In this document: one piece after another, positions 10,773-22,696 of the stretch
Layout: each line of letters opens with the position of its first letter
Position numbering within the stretch: position 1 is the first letter of the stretch
DNA from: Tubulanus polymorphus
Lineage: Eukaryota > Animalia > Nemertea
Length of the DNA stretch: 64,000 nt
Assembly: GCF_964204645.1 (NCBI RefSeq)
Contig: NC_134032.1
Coordinates: forward strand, 7,118,275-7,182,274
Reading direction: 5' to 3'
Notes under the pieces: generated by a model
Seen by the model: only the letters and a program-made list of their open reading frames with translations
The model's database searches: none
What the model was told of the DNA's origin: nothing
Translations under genes and position numbers: made by a program

Positions 10773-12293
10773 TTAATGTCTTTTTTTCTTCTTTTCATTA
10801 AACGCATCAATAACTGATTTGTCAAAAATATTCTCCTCCGGCTCCCACGTTCTGTACCTGGACCCATAGCCTTTCCAATGCACCAAATACTCGGTCTTGC
10901 CATTTCTCAGTCGCCTAGATCTGACTAGCCGATCTACGGTATATATATCAGAATCATCCTGAATAGCTGATTGGAAGTTAGATCTAATTGGATCGGTAAT
11001 ACTTTCTTTAGATTTGGGTTCTGGTAGGTTACTGTCAACTTGGACATGATCCGGTGGCAAATCATCCTCGTCAAAGTCACCGTCAACAGGCAAGTCCTTC
11101 GGTACATCTACCGGTCTGTCGTCAGGGTGTATATAAATTTTCATGCGATTTACGTGGATCACCTTGTCTAATAATTTATTTTTCTTAACGTTATGTACTG
11201 TAAACCCCACGTCAGACTTTCTTTCAATTAAAACATATGGACCGTAATATTTGTGCACAAACTTTTTCGCCTGTCCCTTTTTGATAGCTGGACAGTATAT
11301 CCAAACATATTGACCAACCTCAAACTTGTGTTGTTTTGCATTTCTATCATAATATGATTTTTGTTTCGATTGTGCTTCCCTAATGTTGTTTCTAGCAATA
11401 TTATGGGCTAGTTGTGTATTTTTGACTACCCGTGTTAAACAGTCTCGATCTGAACCCAATAATGTTGTTGTCTCCAACAACGAACAGTCGATTGGTAGCT
11501 TTGGCTCGCGACCGTATAGTGGATAAAATGGTGTGTAAAGAGTTGTCTGAGAACAGGGACTACATCTATAGGCAAAGACACAGCCAGGAACAAATTCGTC
11601 CCAGTCATTTCCCGCTGAATTTACGCACATTGACAAACTATTTACCAATGTTTTGTTAAACCGTTCCGTAAGTCCGTCACACCAGGGAGCGTATGGACTA
11701 GTTCGAATTTTTGATGCGTTGAATAACTTGCAGATTTCTAGTATTAATTTCGAATTAAAGTTAGACCCTTGGTCTGTGAGTAATGCTTTAAAGCAACCAT
11801 GTCGGACAACTATTTCATCGAATAATATTCGAGCTATCTTTGCAGATTCGATAGTTTCCAGACAGAAACATTCTACATACTTTGTTAAATACTCGGTGAT
11901 TACTAAAATGTATCTATTCCCTCGTTTCGTGACATTAAGCGGTCCTAGAATATCCGCGCCTATTAAGTCCCATACGTCATGTACTTCAATAGGTATCATA
12001 GGCGCTTTCTTTTTATTTGGTGCAGGCTTTCTTGAGGCACAAGCCTCGCAACTGAGACACCAATGTTTTACATCATAATACATGCCTTTCCAGAAATACC
12101 TCATTCTTGTTTTTAAGTATGTTCTCGTTACCCCAAAATGACCGGCAGCAAGGTCATCGTGCATTGCGTAAAGTATTTCCGAGCGCATAGTTTTAGGGAC
12201 TACCAATTGGTTAATCATCTCCCCGTTATTAAGATAAATGTGATATAAGATTCCTGATTCATTTAGAAAGTATTGGTCACTTTCCAACAACAC
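10773..12293 (-). CDS. pol: Gypsy-type integrase with C-terminal chromodomain (pol fragment)
   Basis: HHCC zinc motif (HDDLAAGHFG...CEAC), DDE core (GADILGP, LTDQGSNF, GLTERFN), GPY motif and chromodomain YTVDRLV...YLVHWKGYGSRYRTWEPEENI. Frameshifted upstream continuation at 12263-12724. Confidence 0.9.
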   Translation of the reverse strand: MLLESDQYFLNESGILYHIYLNNGEMINQLVVPKTMRSEILYAMHDDLAAGHFGVTRTYLKTRMRYFWKGMYYDVKHWCLSCEACASRKPAPNKKKAPMIPIEVHDVWDLIGADILGPLNVTKRGNRYILVITEYLTKYVECFCLETIESAKIARILFDEIVVRHGCFKALLTDQGSNFNSKLILEICKLFNASKIRTSPYAPWCDGLTERFNKTLVNSLSMCVNSAGNDWDEFVPGCVFAYRCSPCSQTTLYTPFYPLYGREPKLPIDCSLLETTTLLGSDRDCLTRVVKNTQLAHNIARNNIREAQSKQKSYYDRNAKQHKFEVGQYVWIYCPAIKKGQAKKFVHKYYGPYVLIERKSDVGFTVHNVKKNKLLDKVIHVNRMKIYIHPDDRPVDVPKDLPVDGDFDEDDLPPDHVQVDSNLPEPKSKESITDPIRSNFQSAIQDDSDIYTVDRLVRSRRLRNGKTEYLVHWKGYGSRYRTWEPEENIFDKSVIDAFNEKKKKRH

Positions 12294-12885
12294 TTTCCTA
12301 GCAAGCTTATCGTCTGTGGGTAGCTCCTGCTTAAGTAATAATTAATTATATTGCTCAGCTCATTATCGTTGCGTTGTTTTTCTTTTAATTTTCGTTTTGT
12401 CCCGTCGCCTCCACACGGCGGAGGTTCCACATTCAAATTACTACAATATGTGTCCTCATTTATTATAAATTCATCAGTAAAATATGTAAAATCGGGAGGG
12501 TGATCAAGTCCTACCGAAGTTACGTTTAATACGTCCATTTGAGGAACAAATTCATTTGCAAATGGTGACAAGGCTGTTTGGTCTCGTCGTTCATATCCAG
12601 AGACCATAATTTCTCTATTCCCCCCGCCCTCTGTTGTATATACGTCATTTTCTTCGCTCGAGTTGCTTAAAATTATTTGGTCTGTTAATACGAGACTTTT
12701 GTCACATGGACATCTCTGGTCCACTTTTGCTGCAGGTACATTACATTCTACTTTATTTTCATTTAATATCTCCCCATCCCCTTCCCCTCCCCAAATGCGT
12801 ACGTAATAAATGAATTAACCCTATAGCCAATCTACTTAAGACCACTTATGCACTTTTGGGTTTAAGCCATGACTGCAACAGGCTC

Positions 12886-13110
12886 CTCGTACGATTAATA
12901 TTTATATTTACACTGAACCTCATTCGTACGACTAATAATCTGAACCTCATTCGTACGATTAATATTTATTTTTACACCGAACCTCATTCGTACGACTAAT
13001 AATCTGAACCTCATTCGTACGATTAATATTTATATTTACACTGAACCTCATTCGTACGACTAATAATCTGAACCTCATTCGTACGACTAATATTTATATT
13101 TACACTGAAC
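12886..13110 (+). repeat. Minisatellite, 64-bp period (alternating 27- and 37-bp subunits, core CTGAACCTCATTCGTACGA)
   Basis: Core starts at 12913, 12940, 12977, 13004, 13041 and 13068. Confidence 0.9.
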
Positions 13111-13925
13111 TACAGTCACTAGATCTTAAATTCTGCATCCAACACGCCTAGGATTCAATGCTGAATCTTTTCGAACGATGGGGTAATCAGTGCCCGCTGC
13201 ATCAGCATTCGCTTTTCTTGAAATGCACGGATTACACAGGATGATTGATGTGGTAGATGCACAATACTGACCATAGTTTGGGTTAGCGTTTGCGCCATTA
13301 AACTTTGCTCATTGTTCGCAAAACCAATTTTCCTCTACGTCACTATTTATTATATTGGGGTTTATAAACCCACCTGCCTCTCTGTTTCTAGACGACAAAT
13401 ATCAATGAATCCGAGACAGCAGCTGTCCAAATCGTAGCGCGTTTGTAGTGACATAACATTGGTCTTGATGGATTTTGCCTTGCACGGTTTTATTTCTGCT
13501 GATTCCCATTGTTTAAAAAATGCATGGGCTTCCAACATTTTACACAATCTGTTGTCGGATGTACTCCTAATTGGACGTGGATCGCGAAATAATGATACCA
13601 GTTTGCTGGTAGCGTTAAGAAATTCGATGGTGCCCAACAATTTCTCGCTTTCAATCTGATCGAGGGTTTTTTGGAACATCTGCAATGCAAGAAGTAGTTT
13701 TATTAAAGTGGGAAAAAACTTGATCAAATTTTGTTGATGTGTCATTCACAAACGGATCTATTTGAAAATGTAAAGATCAGTTTATAATGACATCAACAAA
13801 ATATGAGTTTTTCCCATGATAAGCGATCATTCACTTAATAAACACACATAAAATTTGAATTTTCCCACGACGCAAATTCAGAAATTTTGTACTATTGTTT
13901 GAGCATTATACACAATTGCACTGAA

Positions 13926-14122
13926 GGGGTCATAAATTTATTACGTACGCATTAGGGGAGGGGAGGGGAGGGTAAGTGCAATCGTGTATTATTGCTTTAA
14001 GTACAGAAAAAATGGCAGATTTTGCGTGGCTGGGAGTTAATATTTTATGCGTGCTTGATGTGACAGATCCTTAGCCCCTCCCCTCCCCTCCCCTAATGCG
14101 TACGTATTAAAGAATTGACCCC
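13926..14122. mobile_element. ~160-200-bp MITE (TIR GGGGTCATTCATTTATTACGTAC)
   Basis: Terminal inverted repeats. Related copies at 15935-16090, 16555-16724 and 17029-17191, with partial or degenerate copies at ~12770-12822 and ~24880-25040. Confidence 0.75.
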
Positions 14123-17100
14123 TAATGAGATGTTGCATCAAAGTTGGTTGAAGAATTTCATGTATCATTGTCATCATATTTTTTGGATTTTATTCTATGT
14201 ACATGAATCACAAAATAAGAAGCATGTCGCCTTACTCGGACATGGCCAACTTGGACAAAAAAAGAAATTTTCCAATTCCTTACTCGGACTGCGCTTACCT
14301 CGAACTAAATTTGCCAATCCCAGTTTGTGCGTGTTAGACAAGGTTTTACTGTACATTGTATGTATTTTTCCATGATGATGATCCATGAAATAATAAGGCC
14401 AAGATTACCAGTACGCACTTTCATCAGATGTAACATATCGGAATCCAGAACTTGTTCCGCAAGGTAGTTCCTCATTTTTTCATTTTGATCTGGATTGATG
14501 TGTTTTTCTGTCAGTTTTCGGTGGATCCGTAGGGAATTGTTGTTAGTATCCCACTCATGGTCTGCTGCCCAGTGTTTCCATAGTATATCTCGATTGCCGA
14601 CGTTCAGAAGTCTAGTGTGGAATTTTTGATGACCACTTTTCAGAACATTGTTGCGGATCTTTTTAAACAGATGCTAGGATAGATAAATAACACCGTTATT
14701 AGTACTTGAAATCCCCTCAGTGAAAACTGGTAAGTACCCTAGTAAATAACTTGTTTCATTTATCCAGATAAAAGTTAATTTGTTTTGTTTTTTCTTTAAT
14801 TTACAGCTCTTACCGATGGGTCCAATAGAAGAGGAAGTGGCTTATGTCCGAAAGGATTTAAAGTCGTAAACTTTCCCTCAATAGGGAGCATCATTTTCAT
14901 CAATGTGCGATTACATTGCGCTCCATCCATACACATGTATGTCACCTGAAAAGTTACCATACAGCTTTTCAATATTTTTATACATTTACCGGGTGATATT
15001 TTAGGATGTATTATAATCTACCTCGAAACCCCAATTCCCTAGTTCGCAAATAATTTCAGATAAGATCATATAGAGTTCAGCAGCACTAGCTTGATCAGTT
15101 GGATAACTAGCAATTGTCAATCGGAAGCCAGTGTTTCCCATGAATGTGAGCTGCAGGACGTGGTTTGCAATTTTAGGCTCGTACTTTCCTACAATGATAA
15201 AAAACTATATTTTACAGAATATGGTGGTGGATGAGGACAAGCAGCAGTTGGTGTCTTTGAGGATTTAAGCAGAAGAAATTTTAATGGGAAACATTTCAGG
15301 GAATTACTTGCCAGGAGCGCCCTTAAATGATTTCCAGCATCGCCCATATCAACGAACCCTTGAAGTATAGCGCGGCCATTTTTGTAAGTAATTTGTAGGT
15401 CTTCCTATTTAAAAAAAATGAAATGTAAACAAGTGGTATCATTTTTAACCCATTAGCACTCAGGAATTGCACTATGTTCTGTCTATAACTCCTCAGAAAA
15501 TTCAAGGGAAAATCCAAATTCATCACGATACAGAATAGCTCATTATGACATTGATTGAATATTCCTGTGGTATTTCTTTTGATAGATTTTGTCTATTCAA
15601 TATTTTTGTCAATGTTTCATTTTAGGCGTGGATCTTGATTCAGTACCTGTATTGACATTTCATCGAAGATGAGACCGCCACGTTTTGCTTCATCCGGTAG
15701 ACGTAATCGTTCGCTTTCTTGAGAAAGCCACATCAACAGAGCGGTGTTGTATCCAGTGCCATGGCTAACTTGGCTTTTATAATAATGTAACAGCCGTCCG
15801 GATGGCAGTCGGAACATGCTACTTGCTTTCATGTCGGCAAACGCTTAAGGCGACTGACACCAAAGTCTGAGACAAAACGCGATAAGTCTGAAATGTAAAC
15901 AAGATTGATTGTAAATAGAAATAAGTTTTGCTATGGGATCATTCATTTATTACGTACACATAAAATTTGACTTTTTCAACCCCCTCTGTACACAAATCGG
16001 CCATTTTTTCACGTATATTTAGCATTGCAGTTCGCAATTGCACTTACCCCTCCCCCTCCTCTAGTGCGTACGTAATAAATAAATGACCACTATTGCAGCT
16101 ATCAATCTTGATCTATGTAGTTCCACAGTAGTCGATTAAAGTCATACTTAAAACATTGACAAAATTAGTTTCAAACTGTTTTAAGAATCTAATTTGACCG
16201 GCTACTGCGGCACTGCACCGATTTTGTCTACGCACTGTACCTAAGACAGTCAAATAGATTACAAAATCAGATCGTCTAGGCATATATCAAAAATTATTGT
16301 CTAAGGTACAGGCAGCAGATTGGTACCTGCATATATGCTATCCTTGCTTGGCAGGGTTTAATTGCCTGCTGATCAAGATCATGCCCACACTAACTGTGGC
16401 CGCAGATCATTCATCAGTCTATTACACAGTCCAAGATTTCTTAGGGAGACAAATTGCCGCTGAGCGGCCACCAGTCTATATACTTAGTCAGTCGAATGCA
16501 TCCTGCAACTGACGTTTATGGCAAACTGGCTTCTGATTTCAAATTGCTAGTTTAGGGTTAATTCATTTATTACGTACGCATTAGGGGAGGGGAAGGGGTA
16601 AGTGCAAATTTGCATGTCACTGTAATGCTCAATGTATATGTAAAAATAGCCGATTTTGCATACATGGGGGGGGGGGAGTTGAAAAATTCAAATTGTATGC
16701 GTACGTAATAAATGAATAGTCCCCAACTAATCAAGCTAGTGCCGCGGAACTTTATATGATCTTATGAGAGGGATAATTTGCAAACTATCAAATTGGCTCA
16801 ATACAAACAATGTATCTGATTGGCTAGATATATAGACTTGTGGTAGTCAAGTGGCAACTTTTCCGCTCAAGAAATCGGTGCCATGTAAAAGATTTATGAA
16901 GGAACTATGGCCACGGTTAATGTTAGCATGAATGAGCTTTGGCGGGAGGTAATCAAACGCTGGCAAGTGAGGATTTTTAGGTCATAATTGAGAAGGGATA
17001 CTAATTTTTTAAAGCCCACTTAGGGCTAGGGGTCATTCATTATTACGTACACATCAGGGGAGGGGGAGGGGTCAGTGCAATTGCGTACTGTAATGCTTAA

Positions 17101-17606
17101 TTTATATGAATCAATGGCCGATTTTGCGTACAGAGGGGGAGGCAGGTTGAAGAATGTAAATTGTATGCGTACGTAATAAATGAATGATCCCTAGCGGTTG
17201 AATGAACTTACTTCGGGTGCCATTTCATCTGTCTCTTGTCTTGGCATGATAAACTGTCATTTTCGACACGTAAGAACAATTTCAGTGCTTCATTGTCAGG
17301 AATTTTTTCCAAATAGTCGTCCAGCAACTTGATCAGGTCATCGCTATCTTTTTCGCTTAATTCCAGTAAGTCTTTTTTAAGCATTTTGAGTGTTCGTAGT
17401 ATTTACAATATTTACACGTTGAACATTTTGTTCCGACGTCCGAATGAATTATGCGACAATTAATTGATCTTAATCTGGTTTTATCAATCATGCTTTTATA
17501 AGAGGTGTCAGTCGATGTACATTTTTTGCAAGAAGGTAGAAATCCATTACAAATTATCTAACGAATTTTCAGTGTGAACCTGATCATTGATTTTGAACTC
17601 TATTAG

Positions 17607-18034
17607 TGTGAAGATCAACCGATACGTAAGATTCATGTTCCGTGGCAAAAAATCATTAGGACATTTATTTTCAGACGTCACAAACACGGATGCACGATTA
17701 ACTACAAACAAATAGAAAATTACCATAAATAAATTTGTATAATTATTGACATAAGAGAATATCTTTATATTGGCAATTTACCGTAATATTTGGCTGTCTA
17801 AACCTTCAATTTAAATCTTCACCCTTTACTCAAATACAGCAACACAACCTTACAGGTCTAAATCCATATAACAAGTGACCAAAAATCTCAAAATCTGATA
17901 TATCTATTGAACTATACAAATTCTCAGGCTATAGAATTACCATGACCAGAAACCATGAAATAACAACCATAGAAATATATCAAATACAGTATACAGAATA
18001 CAATAAAGCAGAATTTCAGGAATTATTCCTTACA
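17607..18034 (-). repeat. BEL 3' LTR
   Basis: Direct repeat of 23993-24420; only 3 substitutions found by eye. Confidence 0.96.
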
Positions 18035-18143
18035 TACCCGCCCCCTAATTGAGAAACTCAATTAACATAATAACGATAATGTCCAAAAACAAAAACCTAT
18101 TCTTGACTGTTAAGCACGATGAATCTAAAGTAACAAAGAGAAT

Positions 18144-20120
18144 CTAAAGTTTAATTTCATTTTCGACGAGAACGCACAGCTTATCAATAGGACGCTGAAA
18201 AATAGTACCCTTTGCCGTTCTTACTGAAGCCGAACGAACAAAACCTTTTCGATCACGATGGACTTCTGAAATACGCGATAGAGTCCACGAGTTACGGATG
18301 GATCCATCGACGATGAAGACAATATCTCCAACACATACGTTTCGTTTCGCAGTATTCCATTTACTGCGAATCTGCAGGAGATGCAAATACTCAGATGTCC
18401 ACCGCTTCCAGAAAACATTCGCAATATGCTGAACTTGCCTCCAACGACGTCGAGTATATAAATCGGATTTGTCAAATAGTCCGGGAGGAAAAGTAGATCC
18501 TTTGTGTAACAGTAATAGGTGATTCGGGGTTAAAGGTTGTAGATCATTTGGATCATTTGATAACGTAGATATAGGTCGACTATTCAAAATCGACTCGACC
18601 TCACAGAACAATGTGGATAAATTATCATCATTTAGATTTGAACCTTGTTCTTTCATCAATGAAAACAAGATTTTACGGACGGAACGAATGAGGCGTTCCC
18701 ATACACCTCCAAAGTGACTCGCACCTGGAGGATTAAAAATCCACTTGACATTGTTCTGCAATAAGAAATCATGGATTTGGTCCTTATTCCAACAATCAAT
18801 ATTCCTCTGTAGCTCTCGATTGGTTCCAACAAAATTGGTTCCATTATCAGATCGAATTAGACGTACATTTCCACGTCGTGCGATAAATCTGCGATAAGCG
18901 TTAATACAACCAGATGTGTCCAGAGTAGGCGAGACCTCCAAATGAACAGCCCTAGTTACCAGGCAGGTGAAGATAACACCATAACGCTTCTCAATACAAC
19001 GACCCCGTTTTACCTCAAACGGGCCAAAGTAATCTGTTCCCGTATTAGTAAATGGCGGATTGTCAGGCAACAATCGCTCTTGAGGAAGATCTGCCATCTT
19101 CTGATTACAAACTTGACCACGGTACTTTTTACATAAAACACATTTCCTCGTTATATCCTTAACCAGTTGATTAGCCCTTAAAATCCAGTAACGCTCGCGC
19201 AATCGGGCTAACATTGAGCTTTTACCAAGATGCCCGACCGATGCATGAACACTCAACAATATCAATTTCGACACATGAGAACATCTAGGCAATACAACCG
19301 GATGTCGTTGTTCATATTCAAGAAAATATGCTTTTCTCAGCCGACCACCAACACGGATTATATCGTCTTCTAAAACAGGATCTAGTTGATACAATTGACT
19401 ACCTCTGGGAATCAACTTTCTATCATTTGAACGGAGAATCACTAATTCTTTCCTGAAATAATCTTCCTGTACGCATTTAATAATTGCCAGCTCGGCTCTT
19501 TGAAGATCATCAGTACTCAGCTTATTGGTATTCAATCGTTCAGCATTAGCGTTTTCACCAGAAAGACGTTTACTTACTCTCAACAGCAAACAATCTTTCA
19601 ACCTTAAAAACCATGCAGCGGCACGTTTGAGTCTATGCCAGCTTGAGTAGTAGTTAAATAGATGTTTTATAGGATCATCATCAGAAACCGAAAGTACAGC
19701 ATTAGAAGTCTTCTTCAACTCAACATCATCATCACTCAGGGACCGTAAAACACCGTGTTGACATGGCCACTCAGATATTGGCTTCCAAAGGAACTCCGGG
19801 CCGTGTAACCATACTACTGAGTTTTGTTCTATACAATCCAGTGACAAACCCCTAGACGCATAATCTGCTGGGTTCAGATGACCATCTACAAACTTCCACT
19901 GCTGAATACTTGAACCATCTCTAATTAAATTCACTCTATTCGCTACGAAAGTGTGATAACGAGCAGTCTCATTAGCAATATATTTCAGTACTGCAGTGCT
20001 GTCGCTCCAAAAATATACATTTGAAACACTGTACTCCAATTCTTCCAACATCATCTTATTCATCTTAATCAGTAATGCAGCTGCAGCTAATTCCATCCTA
20101 GGAACTGTCATTTTCTTCAA
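18144..20120 (-). CDS. pol: BEL/Pao RNase H-integrase portion of polyprotein
   Basis: VPRMELAAA, FWSDSTAVL, NPADYASRG, TGTDYFGP, RSDNGTNF and GGVWERLIR motifs. Frameshifted from the RT ORF near 20170. Confidence 0.92.
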   Translation of the reverse strand: MKKMTVPRMELAAAALLIKMNKMMLEELEYSVSNVYFWSDSTAVLKYIANETARYHTFVANRVNLIRDGSSIQQWKFVDGHLNPADYASRGLSLDCIEQNSVVWLHGPEFLWKPISEWPCQHGVLRSLSDDDVELKKTSNAVLSVSDDDPIKHLFNYYSSWHRLKRAAAWFLRLKDCLLLRVSKRLSGENANAERLNTNKLSTDDLQRAELAIIKCVQEDYFRKELVILRSNDRKLIPRGSQLYQLDPVLEDDIIRVGGRLRKAYFLEYEQRHPVVLPRCSHVSKLILLSVHASVGHLGKSSMLARLRERYWILRANQLVKDITRKCVLCKKYRGQVCNQKMADLPQERLLPDNPPFTNTGTDYFGPFEVKRGRCIEKRYGVIFTCLVTRAVHLEVSPTLDTSGCINAYRRFIARRGNVRLIRSDNGTNFVGTNRELQRNIDCWNKDQIHDFLLQNNVKWIFNPPGASHFGGVWERLIRSVRKILFSLMKEQGSNLNDDNLSTLFCEVESILNSRPISTLSNDPNDLQPLTPNHLLLLHKGSTFPPGLFDKSDLYTRRRWRQVQHIANVFWKRWTSEYLHLLQIRSKWNTAKRNVCVGDIVFIVDGSIRNSWTLSRISEVHRDRKGFVRSASVRTAKGTIFQRPIDKLCVLVENEIKL

Positions 20121-20125
20121 AGGAG

Positions 20126-22696
20126 CTACTCTGCTTTTAGCAAATATAAAACAACAATGTACTTGACCATTTCATCTTCAAGGCGCAAATATGATACAGT
20201 GCCGTACCCAACATCACTTGCGTCCGCAAAATGATGCAGCTGACAAGATTTCGAAGAACCATGAAACCATTGAGGTTTGAAGCATCGTGATATAGCCAAC
20301 TCTTCAAGGCCCGGTAAACCTTCCTGCCATTTCTCCCAAACTTTCAGATATTTTTCAGGAATTTCTTCATCCCATGAAAGCTTCTCTCTACATAAGTCCT
20401 GTAGCAGAATTTTCACCGGCAGTTCATATGGGGCAGCAATACCCAAAGGATCATAGACTGTGCTGACCGTTGACAAAATCCCTCTGCGTGTATTTGGTTG
20501 ATGCTTAGAAGTTATCCTGAAGCCATAAGTGTCGTTCTCTATATTCCAGTGGACGCCCAATGCTCTTTCTGTTGGCGAACCAAAATCCAGACTCTTCAAC
20601 TCCTTGCAAGATTTAGCAAGCTCTTCTTCTGGCAAACTTTCAATTACAGAACGATCATTACTTACAAACTTGGTGAGTCGAAAGCCCCCTTCTTTACACA
20701 GAGATATCAGTTTCATCACAAATTCTGGATTTTGACCATCTTGTACACGAGACTTCAAACAGTCATCAACATAGAAGTTTTTCAAGACTGTATTGGTAAC
20801 TTCTACTTCATACTTGCTAACGTTGTCAGTGGCTGTCCGGCGTAAAGCCCAGTTAGAACAACTCGGGGATGAGATTGCCCCAAATAAGTGAAATAACATA
20901 CGGAATGGTATGGCTTTCTTGTTCAAATCACCATCCGGCCACCATAAGAATCTCAAGCAGTCTTTATCATCCGGTGCAACCCTTACTCTATAAAACATAG
21001 ATTCTATATCTGCCATTATTGCGGTTCTTTCTTGTCTGAAACGTATCAACACACCAACCAAAGTGTTAGTCAAATCTGGCCCTTGTAACAATTGAGAATT
21101 CAAAGACACTCCACCATAAAGTGCAGGACAATCGAAAACGACACGGACTTTTTCAGGTTTTTTGGGGTGATATACCCCGTGATGAGGTATATACCATATA
21201 CGACCATTTTCCAAACGCAAATCTTCATTAGGAACCTGTTCCGCGTAGCCTTTAGCCAATATATTGTCCATAAAGACATTATAGTCATGTCGAAACTTGT
21301 CATTTTTCAACAGCTTATTTTCCAGATTTGACAGTCGTTTCTCAGCATGCCGAATATTATTGGGAAACCTCAAATTCTTGTCACGCCATGGCATTGGTAA
21401 TTGGTACTGTCCATTCTCTATTTTTACATTGGACTCCATCATCGTCATAAATTTATGATCTTCAACTGACCATTGTTTTTTATCTTCAGCAATTCGCTCA
21501 GGAAAGTCAAAATCTATAGCTTCCTGAACCAATTGATCAAGAGAACTCACAGCACAGCTGATTTTGTCAACAGTGTCGGTAACTATATCATCGTCTTCAT
21601 CACCAGATCTAATAACATTCCAGGCGACCCATCCTAGTCTAGTTCTGGAAGCATGTGGTGATCCAGCTGGGCCTGTCCGTAACTCGAACGGTGTGTATGC
21701 ATCCGCAATATTATTGCCAATCAACAGACCAATTTCTGCATCTATCTTAGGCAATTTAACATCACTCATGTGCGACCATTTACGGATGTCATCTTCTGTT
21801 GGCACATGCAGTGGTGAAACTGGCATCTGCTCTGTAGTATAAACAGCAGGCATGAAAACTACGTCTTCAGTTTCCAAACCTCTGACTTCTAAACAATGAA
21901 CAATCTGAGTATCAAGCATTGTAGACCTCGCCATAGTGTCGAGATTCAATCTCACTTTCTTGCCAATACCGCCGATCTGCTTCAACAACGACGAAGTACA
22001 AAAAGAAATACTACTTCCAGGATCTAGGAAGGCGAAAGTTATCACTTCTGGAATTCTTCCCTTCACTTTCACTCTAACTGGAAGTATAGCCATAGTACAG
22101 AATCCATCTGTCTTCTTTTCACCATCATTTATGGCGCCACAGGGAATTCCATCTTTTACATCTGATATCGTGTTCTGATTATGATCTCTTCGTGTCATAA
22201 TTGCTGGGTTTTCAGGAAGTGACCTAGAATCATCATGCAGTACACTTGGATGCAACCGTTTACATATATCACAGTTCATCTTCAATCTACAATTTCTCTT
22301 CTGATGTCCAGATCGGAGACAACCCCAACAGAGGCCTTTTCTTTTAAGAAAAGATATTTTTTCTTCAAAGACCACATTAGACAGGTCTTTACAATCATTT
22401 AATACATGATCGCCAGCGCAGTATATACATGGTTTCTTCAATGCAAGATTAAATGAGTTTTGTTGATTCGTATGAGAAATGCTCCCCGTCTGTGCAGCAA
22501 CAGTATTTCGGCTACCCTGTGATATTCGCAGAGACTTTTTGTCTTTCTTCTGATCTAACGCAGCAGCCATCATATCTTTACCAAAAATCGGGTCGTTCAC
22601 CTTTTTTGACTCCTTCCGTACAAAACTCACTAAGGTATTCAGATTTATAGTATTACCAGCAGAGCGCGTTGTCTGTACTGTACTATAGTTCTCCAT
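20126..22696 (-). CDS. pol: BEL/Pao gag zinc knuckles, protease and reverse transcriptase
   Basis: CIYC/CWGC/CDIC knuckles, AFLDPGS protease, ADIESMF, LFGAISSP and FYVDD RT motifs. Confidence 0.92.
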   Translation of the reverse strand: MENYSTVQTTRSAGNTINLNTLVSFVRKESKKVNDPIFGKDMMAAALDQKKDKKSLRISQGSRNTVAAQTGSISHTNQQNSFNLALKKPCIYCAGDHVLNDCKDLSNVVFEEKISFLKRKGLCWGCLRSGHQKRNCRLKMNCDICKRLHPSVLHDDSRSLPENPAIMTRRDHNQNTISDVKDGIPCGAINDGEKKTDGFCTMAILPVRVKVKGRIPEVITFAFLDPGSSISFCTSSLLKQIGGIGKKVRLNLDTMARSTMLDTQIVHCLEVRGLETEDVVFMPAVYTTEQMPVSPLHVPTEDDIRKWSHMSDVKLPKIDAEIGLLIGNNIADAYTPFELRTGPAGSPHASRTRLGWVAWNVIRSGDEDDDIVTDTVDKISCAVSSLDQLVQEAIDFDFPERIAEDKKQWSVEDHKFMTMMESNVKIENGQYQLPMPWRDKNLRFPNNIRHAEKRLSNLENKLLKNDKFRHDYNVFMDNILAKGYAEQVPNEDLRLENGRIWYIPHHGVYHPKKPEKVRVVFDCPALYGGVSLNSQLLQGPDLTNTLVGVLIRFRQERTAIMADIESMFYRVRVAPDDKDCLRFLWWPDGDLNKKAIPFRMLFHLFGAISSPSCSNWALRRTATDNVSKYEVEVTNTVLKNFYVDDCLKSRVQDGQNPEFVMKLISLCKEGGFRLTKFVSNDRSVIESLPEEELAKSCKELKSLDFGSPTERALGVHWNIENDTYGFRITSKHQPNTRRGILSTVSTVYDPLGIAAPYELPVKILLQDLCREKLSWDEEIPEKYLKVWEKWQEGLPGLEELAISRCFKPQWFHGSSKSCQLHHFADASDVGYGTVSYLRLEDEMVKYIVVLYLLKAE

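Larger units (their letters stand above)
951..12724 (-). mobile_element. 5'-truncated Gypsy/Ty3-like LTR retrotransposon with env (endogenous retrovirus-like)
   Basis: Minus-strand order is integrase+chromodomain, env, polypurine tract, then a TG-starting LTR. No gag, protease, RT or RNase H is visible; the element breaks off near 12765. Confidence 0.8.

Noticed and set aside
12886-13110. CRISPR-like repeat-spacer pattern
   Set aside because: The intervening sequences are themselves repeated with a 64-bp period, so this is a minisatellite in eukaryotic context.
20126-22696. Programmed frameshifts in the BEL polyprotein
   Set aside because: The shifts fall inside gag and RNase H with no obvious slippery site. 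BEL elements usually have one ORF, so these are more likely inactivating indels or sequencing errors.
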